Numbered from the stretch's first letter, positions 10,149 through 20,841 are shown. The stretch is 64,000 bases of DNA from an uncultured Alphaproteobacteria bacterium (GCA_963785665.1 CAWAWF010000022.1:242267-306266); one strand, 5' to 3'. Made by a program: numbers and translations. Notes: generated by a model from the letters alone, not told the origin.

Positions 10149-10955
10149 ATGACCCGCTTCACACTCGCCGCGCTCGTTGTCCTCCCGCTCCTGGCCTCGC
10201 AGGCGCAAGCCGCGCAATGCGGCGGCGACTTCCACCAGTTCGTCGCCAGCATGTCGCGCGAGGCCGCGGCGGCGGGCGTATCGCAGATGGTCATTTCCAA
10301 CGCGTTCGCCGGCGTGACCCAGGACCAGTCGGTGCTGTCGTTCGATCGCCGCCAGCGCGGCACCTTCCGCAAGAGCTTCGAGGAGTATGCCGCGACCCGC
10401 GTCGGCGCCGGGCGGATCAACGGTGGCAAGGCGAGAATCCAACGCAATGCCGCGCTGCTGTCCCGCATCGAGCGGCAATTCGGCGTGCCGAAGGAGGTGC
10501 TGGTCGCGATCTGGGGGCTGGAGACCGACTTCGGCACCGGCGACATGGGCAAGCTGCCGGTGATCCGCGTGCTTGCCACCATGGCGCACGATTGCCGCCG
10601 CACCGAGCTGTTTCAGGGCGAGCTGATCGCGGCGCTGAAGATTCTCCAGCACGGCGACCTCACCCTGAACGAATTGAAGGGCGCCTACGCCGGCGAGATC
10701 GGCCAGACCCAGTTCCTGCCGTCGAACTACATCAAGTTTGCCGTCGACTACGACGGCAACGGCCGCGCCGACCTGATCCACAGCGCGGCCGACGTGCTGG
10801 CGTCCACGGCCAATCTTCTGAAAAAAAGCGGCTGGCACACCGGCCAGCCGTTCGACCAGGGCTCCGAGAACTTCGAGGTGATGCGCGAATGGAATCGCGC
10901 CGAGGTCTATCGCAAGACCATCGCCTATTTCGCGCACAAGCTGGGCGCCCCGTAG
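10149..10955 (+). CDS. lytic murein transglycosylase (MltB/SLT_2 family)
   Basis: AIWGLETDFG, GAYAGEIGQTQFLPS, VDYDGNGRADL and ASTANLL motifs; signal peptide. Confidence 0.92.
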   Translation: MTRFTLAALVVLPLLASQAQAAQCGGDFHQFVASMSREAAAAGVSQMVISNAFAGVTQDQSVLSFDRRQRGTFRKSFEEYAATRVGAGRINGGKARIQRNAALLSRIERQFGVPKEVLVAIWGLETDFGTGDMGKLPVIRVLATMAHDCRRTELFQGELIAALKILQHGDLTLNELKGAYAGEIGQTQFLPSNYIKFAVDYDGNGRADLIHSAADVLASTANLLKKSGWHTGQPFDQGSENFEVMREWNRAEVYRKTIAYFAHKLGAP

Positions 10956-10967
10956 GGCAGCCCATCT

Positions 10968-11087
10968 CCGTCATTCCGGGGCGCGAGCGTAGCGAGCGAA
11001 CCCGGAATCCATAACCCTGCGCTGATGAAAAAACTCTGCGGGTTATGGATTCCGGGTTCGCGCCTTCGGCGCGCCCCGGAATGACGG
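10968..11087. repeat. CGTC-type palindromic element, family 2, copy 1
   Basis: CCGTCATTCCGGGGCGCG...AACCCGGAATCCATAACCC...GGGTTATGGATTCCGGGTTCGC...CGCGCCCCGGAATGACGG, located between convergent genes. Confidence 0.88.
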
Positions 11088-11101
11088 CGAGAGTTTGGTG
11101 G

Positions 11102-12112
11102 TCAGTGCGTCCGGGCGGTGCAGAACTCGACCGCCTCTTCCAGCGCCTGCTTCATCTCCGAAGCCGGAAACAGCGCCAGCGCGTCGCGGGCGATGGCGCC
11201 GTAGTGCTGGGCGCGCTTGACGGTGTCTTCGAGCGCGCGGTGTTTCATCATCAGGCCGACCGCTGTCTCCAGATCGCTGTCGGTGACCTCGCCCTTCTCC
11301 AGCGTGCGTGACCAGAAGGTGCGCTCGCTTTCCGAGCCACGGCGGAACGACAGCACCACCGGCAAGGTGATCTTGCCCTCGCGGAAGTCGTCGCCGACAT
11401 TCTTGCCGAGCTTGGCCGCCTTGCCGCCATAGTCGAGCACGTCGTCGACAAGCTGGAATGCGATGCCGAGGTTCATGCCGAACGAGCGGCAGGCCGCGTC
11501 CTCGGCCTTCGGCCGGCTGGTCAGCACCGGGCCGACCTCGCAGGCGGCTGCGAACAGCTCGGCGGTCTTGGCGCGGATCACCGCGAGATATTCGTCCTCG
11601 GTGGTGGCGGTGTTCTTGGCGGCGCCAAGCTGCATCACCTCGCCCTCGGCGATCACGGCGGCGGCGTTGGAGAGGATGTCCAGCGCCCGCATCGAGCCGA
11701 CCTCGACCATCATCTTGAAGGCCTGGCCGAGCAGGAAATCGCCGACCAGCACGCTCGCCTCGTTGCCCCAGACCATCCGGGCGGCGGGCTTGCCGCGGCG
11801 CATCTCGCTCTCGTCGACCACGTCGTCGTGCAGCAAGGTCGCGGTGTGCATGAACTCGACCGCGGCGGCGAGCTTGATATGGCCGTCGCCGGAATAGCCG
11901 GTCAGGCTCGCCATCGCCAAGGTCAGCATCGGCCGGAGCCGCTTGCCGCCCGACGAGATCAGGTGGTTGGCCACCTCCGGGATCATCGTCACCTCGGAAC
12001 CCGTGCGCGACAGGATCTGGGCATTGACCCGCTGCATGTCGGGCGTGAGCAGCTCGGTCAGGCGGTCGATGGTGGCGTCGGCCGGGCTACTGAAGGGGAT
12101 GACGACGGCCAC
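11102..12112 (-). CDS. ispB: long-chain polyprenyl diphosphate synthase
   Basis: GGKRLRP, LLHDDVVDES, AFQLVDDVLD and GKNVGDDFREGK motifs. Confidence 0.93.
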   Translation of the reverse strand: MAVVIPFSSPADATIDRLTELLTPDMQRVNAQILSRTGSEVTMIPEVANHLISSGGKRLRPMLTLAMASLTGYSGDGHIKLAAAVEFMHTATLLHDDVVDESEMRRGKPAARMVWGNEASVLVGDFLLGQAFKMMVEVGSMRALDILSNAAAVIAEGEVMQLGAAKNTATTEDEYLAVIRAKTAELFAAACEVGPVLTSRPKAEDAACRSFGMNLGIAFQLVDDVLDYGGKAAKLGKNVGDDFREGKITLPVVLSFRRGSESERTFWSRTLEKGEVTDSDLETAVGLMMKHRALEDTVKRAQHYGAIARDALALFPASEMKQALEEAVEFCTARTH

Positions 12113-12254
12113 GTGCGGTCTCCGGATTTCGGCTATGTGGTGCCAAAGAGAATAGAAACGCTATGATAGGCCGGCAAGTTGCATGCCGAAAACGTGACGA
12201 ATGGCGTCATGATGGCGCGGCCGGTGCGATTGGCCGGTGGGAGACGGTTGCCAG

Positions 12255-13229
12255 ATGTTGCCATCTGAAGATGCCGCCGCCGGGGCCGCGGGCACCAGCC
12301 GGATCGCGGTGCTGGTGCCTTGCTACAACGAGGAGGCGGCCATCGGCAAGGTCGTGGCCGATTTCCGGGCGGCGCTGCCGGAAGCAGCCATCTACGTCTA
12401 TGACAACAACTCCACCGATCGCACCATGGAGGCCGCGGCCAAGGCCGGCGCTATCGTCCGCCGCGAGCAGCACCAGGGCAAAGGCCGAGTGGTGCGGCGC
12501 ATGTTCACCGACGTCGACGCCGACATCTACGTGCTGGTTGATGGCGATGCCACCTACGATGCGCCCAGCGCCGGCGCCATGATCGATAAGCTGGTCGGCG
12601 AGCGGCTCGACATGGTCTGCGCGGTCCGGGTCGATCGCGAGCAGGCCGCCTATCGCCTCGGCCACCGCGCCGGCAACCGGCTGCTGACCGGCTTTGTCGC
12701 CCACGTGTTCGGGCAGTCCTTCACCGACATGCTGTCGGGCTACCGGGTGTTCACCCGGCGCTTCGTGAAGTCGTTTCCGGCGCTGTCGGGCGGCTTCGAG
12801 ATCGAGACCGAGCTGACGGTGCATGCGCTTGAGCTGGAGCTGCCGGTCGGCGAGTGGCCAACGCCGTATTATTCGCGGGTGCAGGGCTCGGCCTCCAAGC
12901 TCAGCACCTGGCGCGACGGCTTTCGCATCCTGCGCACCGTGCTCCGCCTCTACCGGGCCGAGCGGCCGCTGCCGCTGTTCTCCGGTCTCGGCATCTCGCT
13001 CGGCATCGTCGCCATCGGTATCGCCATCCCGATCTTCTTCACTTACTTCGAGGAGGGCCTGGTGCCGCGGCTGCCGACCGCGCTGCTCTCGACCGGCCTG
13101 ATGCTGCTGGCTTTCATGTCGGTCGCCTGCGGGCTGATCCTCGACACCGTGACGCGCGGGCGCCGCGAGCTCAAGCTGCTGGCCTATCTCGCCCAGCGCG
13201 CGCCGGCCGAAGAGCGCCGGCGGGGCTGA
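12255..13229 (+). CDS. glycosyltransferase family 2 (GtrB/DPM1-like) with two C-terminal TM helices
   Basis: VLVPCYNEE, DNNSTD, DGDATY, DMLSGYR and FEIETEL motifs. Confidence 0.9.
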   Translation: MLPSEDAAAGAAGTSRIAVLVPCYNEEAAIGKVVADFRAALPEAAIYVYDNNSTDRTMEAAAKAGAIVRREQHQGKGRVVRRMFTDVDADIYVLVDGDATYDAPSAGAMIDKLVGERLDMVCAVRVDREQAAYRLGHRAGNRLLTGFVAHVFGQSFTDMLSGYRVFTRRFVKSFPALSGGFEIETELTVHALELELPVGEWPTPYYSRVQGSASKLSTWRDGFRILRTVLRLYRAERPLPLFSGLGISLGIVAIGIAIPIFFTYFEEGLVPRLPTALLSTGLMLLAFMSVACGLILDTVTRGRRELKLLAYLAQRAPAEERRRG

Positions 13230-13232
13230 TCT

Positions 13233-14230
13233 GTGCACGAACTGGTCCGGACCAACAATGCGGTGCTGATCACGGCGATCGAGGCGCTGCTCAAGAGCGC
13301 CGACATTCCGCACATGGTGCTGGATCAACACATGAGCGTGCTGGAGGGCTCGCTCGGCATGCTGCCGCGGCGGATCGTGGTCGACGGCGATCATTGGGAG
13401 GTCGCGCGCCAGCTTCTGGAGGATGCCGGGCTGGCGCACGAGCTGCGCCCCGGTTCGGGCGGGCCGAAGCCGGAGACCACCGACGATGCGGTGCTCGGCG
13501 GCAGGCTCCGTCTGAAGCAGAAGAAGCGCGGCCACCGGGTCGGCCACGACGCCATCCTGCTGGCCGCCGTGACCGCGGCGCAGCCGGGCGACCGGGTGGT
13601 CGAGTTCGGCTCGGGCGTCGGCGCCGCGGGCCTTGCGCTCGCGGTGCGCTGCCCCGAGGTCGAGCTGACGCTGGTCGAGATCGATCCGGAGCTCGCCGCC
13701 ATCGCCGACCGAGAATGCCGGACGAAACGGCCTCGACCAGCGCGTCCGCGTCGTCACGCTCGATGTCGGAGCGTCTTCCGACGAGTTCGCCGCTGTCGGG
13801 ATCGGCGCGGGCTCGGCCGATCGCGTGCTGATGAACCCGCCGTTCAACAATCCCGCGCGGCAGAACGTCTCGCCGGACGCCGACCGCCGCAAGGCGCACG
13901 CGGCCGGGGAGGGGCTGTTGGCCAGCTTGGGTTGGTGCTGCGGCCTCGACGCTGCATTCGGCGGGGACGCTGAGCCTGATCTGGCGCGCCGACGGCTTGG
14001 CCGAGGTCCTCGCCGCGCTTGCCGAGCAGTTCGGCGATGTCGCGGTGCTGCCGGTTCACGGCCGTGCCGGCGCGCCCGCGATCCGCATCCTGGTGGTGGC
14101 GCGCAAAGGCAGCCACGCGCCGCTGACGCTGCTGCCGGGACTGAACCTGAACGATGAAACCGGGAAACCGACCGCAGCGGCCGAGGCGATCCTTCGCGGG
14201 GCGCAGCCGCTGACGCTTGCTAGCGCCTGA
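13233..14230 (+). CDS. DUF2007 domain fused in frame to a TrmN6/YfiC-like SAM methyltransferase (further frameshifts near 13710 and 13930-13960)
   Basis: MHELVRTNNAVL...LDQHMSVLEGSLG reads directly into TTDDAVLGGRLRLKQ..GHRVGHDAILLAA, EFGSGVG. MNPPF and AIRILV motifs follow in shifted frames. Confidence 0.8.
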
Positions 14231-14455
14231 TGAGCCGCCGCAGCACAGCGACGGGCGGCTGATAGGACGCCATCAGGATCGACGACATCAGGATACAGAG
14301 AAGCAGGCTTTTCATGTCCGTGACGCTCAGTTGCTGGCGCGATAACGCCAGGAGATTCCCGCGTTCGGGCATCTTGGCTTCGATATGTTAAGAAGGCATG
14401 ACTTGAGGCTTTGGAACCCGACGCATATCTGCTGGCGAGATGGCTGAATCCCTCC

Positions 14456-15331
14456 ATGTTTGAAAAAGTTCCAGCAGCGCTTCGCGCGCTCGTGCCCGCA
14501 CGATTCCGCACCGACATACCGGTCGTGCCGGTGGTGCGGCTTGCCGGCGCCATCGGGATATCCAGCCCGCTGAAGCCCGGCCTGACGCTTGCCAATGTGG
14601 CGCGTTCGCTCGAACGGGCGTTTTCGATGCGGAATGTCCGGGCGGTCGCGTTGTCGATCAATTCTCCGGGAGGCGCCGCGGCGCAATCGCATCTGATCCA
14701 TCGCCGCATCCGCGCACTGGCCGACGAGAAGAAGCTTCCGGTGCTGGCGTTCGTCGAGGACGTCGCCGCATCCGGGGGCTACATGATCGCCTGTGCGGCC
14801 GATGAGATCATTGCGGATGCCTCTTCAATCGTCGGCTCGATCGGCGTGGTCGGCGCGACGTTCGGCTTCGACAAGCTGATCGAGAAGATCGGCGTCGAGC
14901 GGCGGCTCTACACCTCTGGCGAGAACAAGGCGATGCTCGATCCGTTCCTGCCGGAGAAGCCGGAGGACGTCGAGCGGCTGAAGGCGCTGCAGCGCGACAT
15001 CCATCAAAGCTTCATTGCGCTGGTGCAGGAGCGGCGCGGCGCCAAACTCGACAGCCGCGAATCCGCCTTGTTTTCCGGGGCATACTGGACCGGCCAGCGC
15101 AGCCGCGAGCTTGGCCTGGTCGATGCTGTCGGCGACCTGCGTTCGGTGTTGCGCGAGCGCTACGGCGACAAGGTGCGCACGCCGCTGCTCGCCGAGAAGG
15201 GTTTTGCGCTGCTCGGCCGGCGGGTGCCGGGCATCGCCGGAATGGAGCAGTTGGGGAGCGGGGCGAGCCTCGCCGACGATATGGTTGCGACGCTCGAGGC
15301 GCGCGCACTATGGTCGCGCTACGGACTCTAG
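14456..15331 (+). CDS. S49 family peptidase (SppA/SohB-like)
   Basis: INSPGG, DVAASGGY, IVGSIGVV and FSGAYWTG motifs. Confidence 0.92.
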   Translation: MFEKVPAALRALVPARFRTDIPVVPVVRLAGAIGISSPLKPGLTLANVARSLERAFSMRNVRAVALSINSPGGAAAQSHLIHRRIRALADEKKLPVLAFVEDVAASGGYMIACAADEIIADASSIVGSIGVVGATFGFDKLIEKIGVERRLYTSGENKAMLDPFLPEKPEDVERLKALQRDIHQSFIALVQERRGAKLDSRESALFSGAYWTGQRSRELGLVDAVGDLRSVLRERYGDKVRTPLLAEKGFALLGRRVPGIAGMEQLGSGASLADDMVATLEARALWSRYGL

Positions 15332-15340
15332 GAGAGTGCG

Positions 15341-15532
15341 ATGCCTGTGTTCGTTTTGGCCCTTGGCGCGATCGGCGCCGTCGTTCTGGTCAAGGTGTTC
15401 AACCGCGAATGGCGGCGGGTCAACGATGACCTCGACCGCGTCAATCCGGTGCGGGTGAAGGAGGCCGAGCGCGCGGGAATACCGACCTTGCGCCAGGACC
15501 CGGCGACCGGCGAGTACCGGGTCAAGCGCTGA
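15341..15532 (+). CDS. conserved small hypothetical protein
   Basis: N-terminal TM helix, C-terminal TLRQDPATGEYR; AGGAG RBS. Confidence 0.7.
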   Translation: MPVFVLALGAIGAVVLVKVFNREWRRVNDDLDRVNPVRVKEAERAGIPTLRQDPATGEYRVKR

Positions 15533-15541
15533 CCCTCGATC

Positions 15542-16523
15542 CTACTCCTTCATGCCCGTGTCGCGGACGACCTTGCCCCAACGGTCGTATTCTTCCTTGA
15601 GGAATTTGCCGAACTCCGCCGGGCTGTTCGCCACCGGGATCGCGCCGGAATCGATCAGCTTCTGCTTCACACCCGGATCGTTGATCGCCTGGACGAAGGC
15701 GTCGTGGATTTTGGTGATCACCGCGGGCGGAGTCTTGGCCGGCGCCAGCAGCCCGTACCAATTGTCGACCGTGGTGTTGGGGTAGCCCTGCTCGGCGAGC
15801 GTCGCCACCTCCGGCAGCATCGGATTGCGCTGGCCCGATGCAGCGCCCAGCGCCCGGATCTTGCCGCCCTTGATGTTCGACATCAGCACCGGCGCGTCGG
15901 CGCCGAACACCTGCACCTGCCCGCCGAGCAGATCGGTGAGGGCGGGCGCCGCGCCGCGATAGGGCACATGCACGAACTTCACGCCGGCCGCGCTCTGAAA
16001 AAGCTCCATCGTCAGATGCGGCGGCGAGCCGACACCGGTCGAGGCGAATGTCATTTCGCCGGGCTTGGCTTTGGCGGCCGCGACCAGGTCCTTGAGCGAT
16101 TGGTACGGCGAGTCCTTCCCAACCACCAGCAAGGTGGTGTTCAGCACCACGAGCGTGATCGGCGCGAAATCCTTGATGGTGTTGTACGGCACGTCCTTGC
16201 GCATGTGCGGCGTCACGACCACCGCGCCGAGCGTGGTGAGGAACAGCGTGGTGCCATCCGGCTCCGACTTCGCCACGTAGTCGGCGCCGAGTGCGCCGTT
16301 GGCGCCGGGCTTGTTCTCGATGATGATGGTCCGGCCGAGGATATCCTTGGCCTTCTCGGCGACCAGCCGGCCAACGAAATCGGTCGGTCCCCCGGCCGGA
16401 AAGGCGATCACCATATGGATCGGCTTGTTCGGGGAGATCCTGCGCGAGGCTCGGAGTGGCCAGGGGCGCGGCGCCGATCGCCATGGCAACGGCAGCCCAA
16501 CGCTGACGGATATTGGTTCTCAT
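15542..16523 (-). CDS. Bug/TctC tripartite tricarboxylate transporter substrate-binding protein (frameshift near 16440)
   Basis: FPAGGPTD, ENKPGANG, PDGTTL and HVPYRGAAPA motifs; the signal peptide is in an adjacent frame. Confidence 0.9.
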
Positions 16524-16632
16524 GGACGGCCTCCCGGGACGCTTTTTTGGTCGCTGAATAAAGGCACGTGCGATTGTCGGGGGCAATGGTAAGTTTGGCC
16601 GCACCCCCGCGCGGCAAGGTTCTGAAATTTTG

Positions 16633-17820
16633 ATGAGCAATCCACTGTGTCCGGTCACCGGTGAGCCGGCCGTCAGGCGCCTTCAATGGATCAAGGCCAG
16701 ATCGCTAGCGCGTCTCTGGAAGACGATCCACGGCGTCAACGCGCGGCCGAGCTTCGGGCAGGTCCAGCGGTTCGGCCTATGGGAGTCGCCGACGGGATTG
16801 TATTTTTTCGATCCGATGATCGAAGGCGACCACGCCTTCTACACGCAATACTATGACTGGGCGCTCCGTAAGAAGCTCTGGTCGCGCGACACCATCCGCG
16901 AGGAGTTCCTGCTGGCGGCGCGCCACGTCAAGCCGGGCGACCGCGTGCTCGATGTCGGCTGCGGCTTCGGAAGCTTTCGCGACGTGATACCCGCGGAGGC
17001 GCAGGCGCGGTACGTCGGCCTCGACCCGAATTTCGCGGACAACACCGCAAATGAGGGCGTCATCAATCAATCGCTCGGCGATCACCTCGCCGATCATGCC
17101 GGTGCCTATGACGTGGTGTGTGCCTTCGAGGTGATCGAGCACCTCTCGTCGCCGGGGGCGATGTTTGCCGACATGGTGCGCGCCGCGCGGCCCGGCGGCC
17201 TTGTCATCGTCGGCGTGCCGCACGTTCCGTCGGCGATCACGCGGATTCCGAATCTGCTGATGAACTTCCCGCCGCATCACCTGAGCTGGTGGACCAAGCC
17301 CGCATTGGGCGCGCTTGCGGAGAGGAATGGCGCAACGGTCGTGAGCATCGAGCAGGTGCCGTGGGGACCGTTCGAATCGCTGTTCTACTGGATGGAGCGC
17401 TGCTCTCCCTTCAAGTGCACCGACATTCATTTCAGCAATACGATTTCCTGGCATGCCGCCGCGCTTATGGGCTTCCTCGGCGGGCGGCTGATGCATGCGC
17501 TTTGGAAAAGGCCGAAGACGACCGACGAAGGCTCCGGCCTTCTGCTGGTGGCGCGCCGGAATGAGACGTCTAAGCGTCGGATGCTTCGACCCGGACCACG
17601 TCGCCGCGGGCGTTCACCCAATAGGTCCGCCCGGCCCAATGAATGCTGCGGCCAAACAGCGCCGACCAGATCACCAGCGCATGCACCGCGAGCACGGCGG
17701 GCGTCCCCCAACTGTCCAGCCAGGCGACCGGCCGCGCCATCTCCGTCCCCCAAAGCTTGCGCCCGACGCTGCGGCGGAAATAGGCGCGGAGATGATCGAG
17801 CGCGTTGGCCGCCACGATGA
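16633..17820 (+). CDS. class I SAM-dependent methyltransferase (domain ends near 17570; the rest overlaps the opposite gene and may be read-through)
   Basis: VLDVGCGFG, YDVVCAFEVIEHL and NFPPHHLSWW motifs. Confidence 0.82.
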   Translation: MSNPLCPVTGEPAVRRLQWIKARSLARLWKTIHGVNARPSFGQVQRFGLWESPTGLYFFDPMIEGDHAFYTQYYDWALRKKLWSRDTIREEFLLAARHVKPGDRVLDVGCGFGSFRDVIPAEAQARYVGLDPNFADNTANEGVINQSLGDHLADHAGAYDVVCAFEVIEHLSSPGAMFADMVRAARPGGLVIVGVPHVPSAITRIPNLLMNFPPHHLSWWTKPALGALAERNGATVVSIEQVPWGPFESLFYWMERCSPFKCTDIHFSNTISWHAAALMGFLGGRLMHALWKRPKTTDEGSGLLLVARRNETSKRRMLRPGPRRRGRSPNRSARPNECCGQTAPTRSPAHAPRARRASPNCPARRPAAPSPSPKACARRCGGNRRGDDRARWPPR

Positions 17821-18730
17821 CGCCGAGCGCCGGCACGCTTCCCTTGATCGGCGAGCGGCAGCGCCACGACCCAGCCGAGCAGCGGCACCGTCGTTGCGGT
17901 CGCCGCCATCGCCCAGTGCAACGGCGAGTGCGTGCGGATGAACATGTATTGCCGGCGGCCGAACGAGAGCGCGTCCTTCCAGCCGTACGACACCGGACTG
18001 TGGACCAGGCAATCCCGAGGCGCGCTCACGCGCAGCCCGCGTGCCTTCATGCACCGCGTCAGCGGCAGATCGTCGAGCACGGCGCGTTCCCAGCACTTCT
18101 CGATCGGCAATGCTTCGAGCGTCTTGCGATGGATCACCATCGAGCCGCCCCATGCGAGACTCCAGGCCCGCCGCGGTATCGTTGCGACCGATAGATTGAT
18201 CGCGCAGACGAACATGGTCGCCGATCGAGTCGTCGGTCGGCACCATCCATCGGTAGCCGGACGCCATGCTGTCCTGATCGAAATTTCGCAGCAGGCGTGC
18301 GAGCCAGTTGGGATCGGGCATGTATATCGGCATCGGCGAACGCGATGATGGTCTCGTCCGGGTGCAGCGCGCGCAGCGCCGCAAGCTGGTTGTGGACTTT
18401 CTGCGCATGGTGCGTGGTCGGGCCCGCCATCACGATCTCGACAGGGGGGCCGCCGCTGAGCGCTTGCAGCACCGGGAGGATGGGGTCCTGGGCGTCTTCG
18501 ATGGCGAAAATGACCCGGCTGGGGAGGTCGGTCTGCTCGCAGATGCCGCGCCAGAGCGCGTCGAAGTTCGCCGGTATGCCGCGAATGGGAATGATGAGGA
18601 CCATTCCGGTCGGGCGACCGACCACCAGGGGAGGCCGGTCGCGCTGCACGTTGTAGACGCCAAAACAGGCGAACGCCGCCACCAGCAGCCAGGCGCCCAG
18701 AACGATCTCCGTGAGAATATCGGGAACCAT
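17570..18730 (-). CDS. ceramide-glucosyltransferase/HpnI-like glycosyltransferase (GT2/GT21), frameshifted
   Basis: Three-frame assembly gives IIPIRG, QKVHNQL, FADADI.PDPNWL, SGYRW, AWGGSM, DDLPLT and FGRRQ; N- and C-terminal TM helices. Confidence 0.8.
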
Positions 18731-18742
18731 CGGGCGTCGATC

Positions 18743-19510
18743 TCAGCGCGCGGCCGCGGTGCCGGCCTGGAGCTGCATCGTCTGCAGCTCGCGCAGGATC
18801 TCGCCGTTCAGCACCTCTTCCATGCGTTCGAGCGCGCGCGCCACGGTGACGCCGTCCATGACGCGGTGATCGAACGTGATGCGGACCGCGAGCGTGCCGT
18901 CGCTCTGGAACATGCCGTAGGCCAGCACCGTGGTCAGCGGCGACATCGTCAGGATCAGCTCGGCGCCGAACGACGTGATGCTGGAGAGCGCGAAGGTCCC
19001 GAAATACCGGCCGCGTGGCCGCGCGATGCTCATGGCGAGCCAGAACAGCGGACGGCGGATCAGGCCGGGGAGGCGGGCGAATTTCATCTGGCGGGCAAAC
19101 CCGCTGATGCTCTCGACCGGCGCCTGGGCGTCGTTGTCGATTCGCGCGGCGAGGTCGCGGAGCGGCACCGCGGCCGGGTCCTTGATGATGCAGCCGAACA
19201 CCGCCGGCTCGCCGTCGTCCAGCCGCGTCACGGCGACGTTGGCGACGCTGGTGTCGTACTCGTAGAGATGCGGCCAGGGGTACGGCAGGAAGACCTGCCG
19301 GAGCGGCGGGAATGTCTGCGCGGTGATGGCGAACGCCTTGCAGAAGATGCTGGTCCAGGACGGCGTGGTCGCCGTGGCCTTGCGCGCGGCCACCACGGCG
19401 CCAAGCTTCATCACGCGCTGGCACGGAATCGCCGGCACCTTGATCGCAAAGCGCATCAAGTCGGTGACCGTGCGTCGCGGTGGGGAGAGCCGCTTGAACT
19501 GTCCGCGCAT
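18743..19510 (-). CDS. stand-alone CAT-fold acyltransferase (2-oxoacid dehydrogenase E2 catalytic-like domain)
   Basis: GTFALSSI and TFDHRVMDG motifs; no lipoyl or E3-binding domain. Confidence 0.8.
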   Translation of the reverse strand: MRGQFKRLSPPRRTVTDLMRFAIKVPAIPCQRVMKLGAVVAARKATATTPSWTSIFCKAFAITAQTFPPLRQVFLPYPWPHLYEYDTSVANVAVTRLDDGEPAVFGCIIKDPAAVPLRDLAARIDNDAQAPVESISGFARQMKFARLPGLIRRPLFWLAMSIARPRGRYFGTFALSSITSFGAELILTMSPLTTVLAYGMFQSDGTLAVRITFDHRVMDGVTVARALERMEEVLNGEILRELQTMQLQAGTAAAR

Positions 19511-19666
19511 CGATTTCCGTGTGAGCCAAGCCGGTTTTGATCCGAACGCGCCCGGCACCGGGTTATCTGCACGCGAGGGCTGCGGCGGTCAACCGCCGCG
19601 GCGCGCGCCTTGACCCCCCGGAGGCGCACCGTTACCTCTCAGCCGCGCCGCCCAACCGGATTTTCG

Positions 19667-20597
19667 ATGACCACCGACCTTCCCGCCCATATGCGCCCGG
19701 AGCGCTCGTTTCAGGGCTTGATCCTGGCCCTGCAGCGGTTCTGGGCTGACCAGGGCTGCGTCATCCTGCAGCCGTACGACATGGAGGTCGGCGCCGGCAC
19801 CTTTCATCCGGCGACCACGCTACGGGCGCTCGGGCCGAAGCGCTGGAACGCCGCTTACGTGCAGCCGTCGCGGCGGCCGAAGGATGGCCGCTACGGCGAG
19901 AACCCGAACCGGCTGCAGCACTACTACCAGTTCCAGGTGATCCTGAAGCCGTCGCCGCCCGACCTGCAGGAGCTTTATCTGAAGTCGCTCGCCGCCATCG
20001 GCGTCGACAGCAAGCTGCACGACATCCGCTTCGTCGAGGACGATTGGGAGAGCCCGACGCTCGGCGCCTGGGGGCTCGGCTGGGAGTGCTGGTGCGACGG
20101 CATGGAGGTGTCGCAGTTCACCTACTTCCAGCAGGTCGGCGGGCTTCGAGTGCTCGCCGGTGGCGGGCGAACTGACCTACGGGCTGGAGCGGCTCGCCAT
20201 GTATGTGCAGGGCGTCGATCGCGTCTATGACCTGAACTTCAACGGCCGCGACGGCGCCGACAAGGTCACTTACGGCGACGTGTTCCTGCAGGCCGAGCAG
20301 GAATACTCGCGGCACAATTTCGAGCACTCCGACACCGCGATGCTGTTCGAGCAGTTCAAGATGGCGGAGAGCGCCTGCAAGAAATATCTCGACGCCGGCT
20401 GGAACGCCGACCGCAGCAAGCATCTGATGGTGCTGCCGGCCTACGACCAGTGCATCAAGGCGAGCCACGTGTTCAACCTGCTCGACGCCCGCGGCGTGAT
20501 CTCGGTGACCGAGCGGCAGAGCTATATCCTGCGCGTGCGCGAGCTTGCGAAAGCCTGCGGCGAGGCCTGGCTGAAGACCGAAGGAGGCGGAGCATGA
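19667..20597 (+). CDS. glyQ: glycine--tRNA ligase alpha subunit (frameshift near 20141)
   Basis: [42 protein letters not shown] and [10 protein letters not shown] motifs. Confidence 0.96.
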
Positions 20598-20839
20598 GCG
20601 AACCTGACATTGGCGGACGCAAGCCCCTGCCGATCAACGTCGAGGCCGGCACGAGCTACTGGTGGTGCGCCTGCGGGCGCTCCAAGACCCAGCCGTTCTG
20701 CGACGGCTCGCACAAAGGCACCACGTTCGGCCCGCGCGAGTTCAAGCCGGAGGCGAGCGGCGAGGTGTGGTTCTGCACCTGCAAGCGCACGTCGAAGCCG
20801 CCGCTCTGCGACGGCAGCCACAAGAAGATTCCGGCGTAA
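20594..20839 (+). CDS. CDGSH iron-sulfur domain protein (two CDGSH motifs, MiNT/CISD3-like)
   Basis: [18 protein letters not shown] and [18 protein letters not shown] motifs; ATGA overlap with the glyQ stop; GGAGG RBS. Confidence 0.92.
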   Translation: MSEPDIGGRKPLPINVEAGTSYWWCACGRSKTQPFCDGSHKGTTFGPREFKPEASGEVWFCTCKRTSKPPLCDGSHKKIPA

Positions 20840-20841
20840 AG

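Noticed and set aside
11020-11045. CTGATGA in a repeat loop, suggesting a hammerhead ribozyme
   Set aside because: No stem II followed by GAAA, and the motif is absent from the other two copies.
17575-17820. Arg/Pro-rich C-terminal tail of the methyltransferase
   Set aside because: Overlaps the glycosyltransferase on the opposite strand and looks non-coding; probably read-through from a lost stop.
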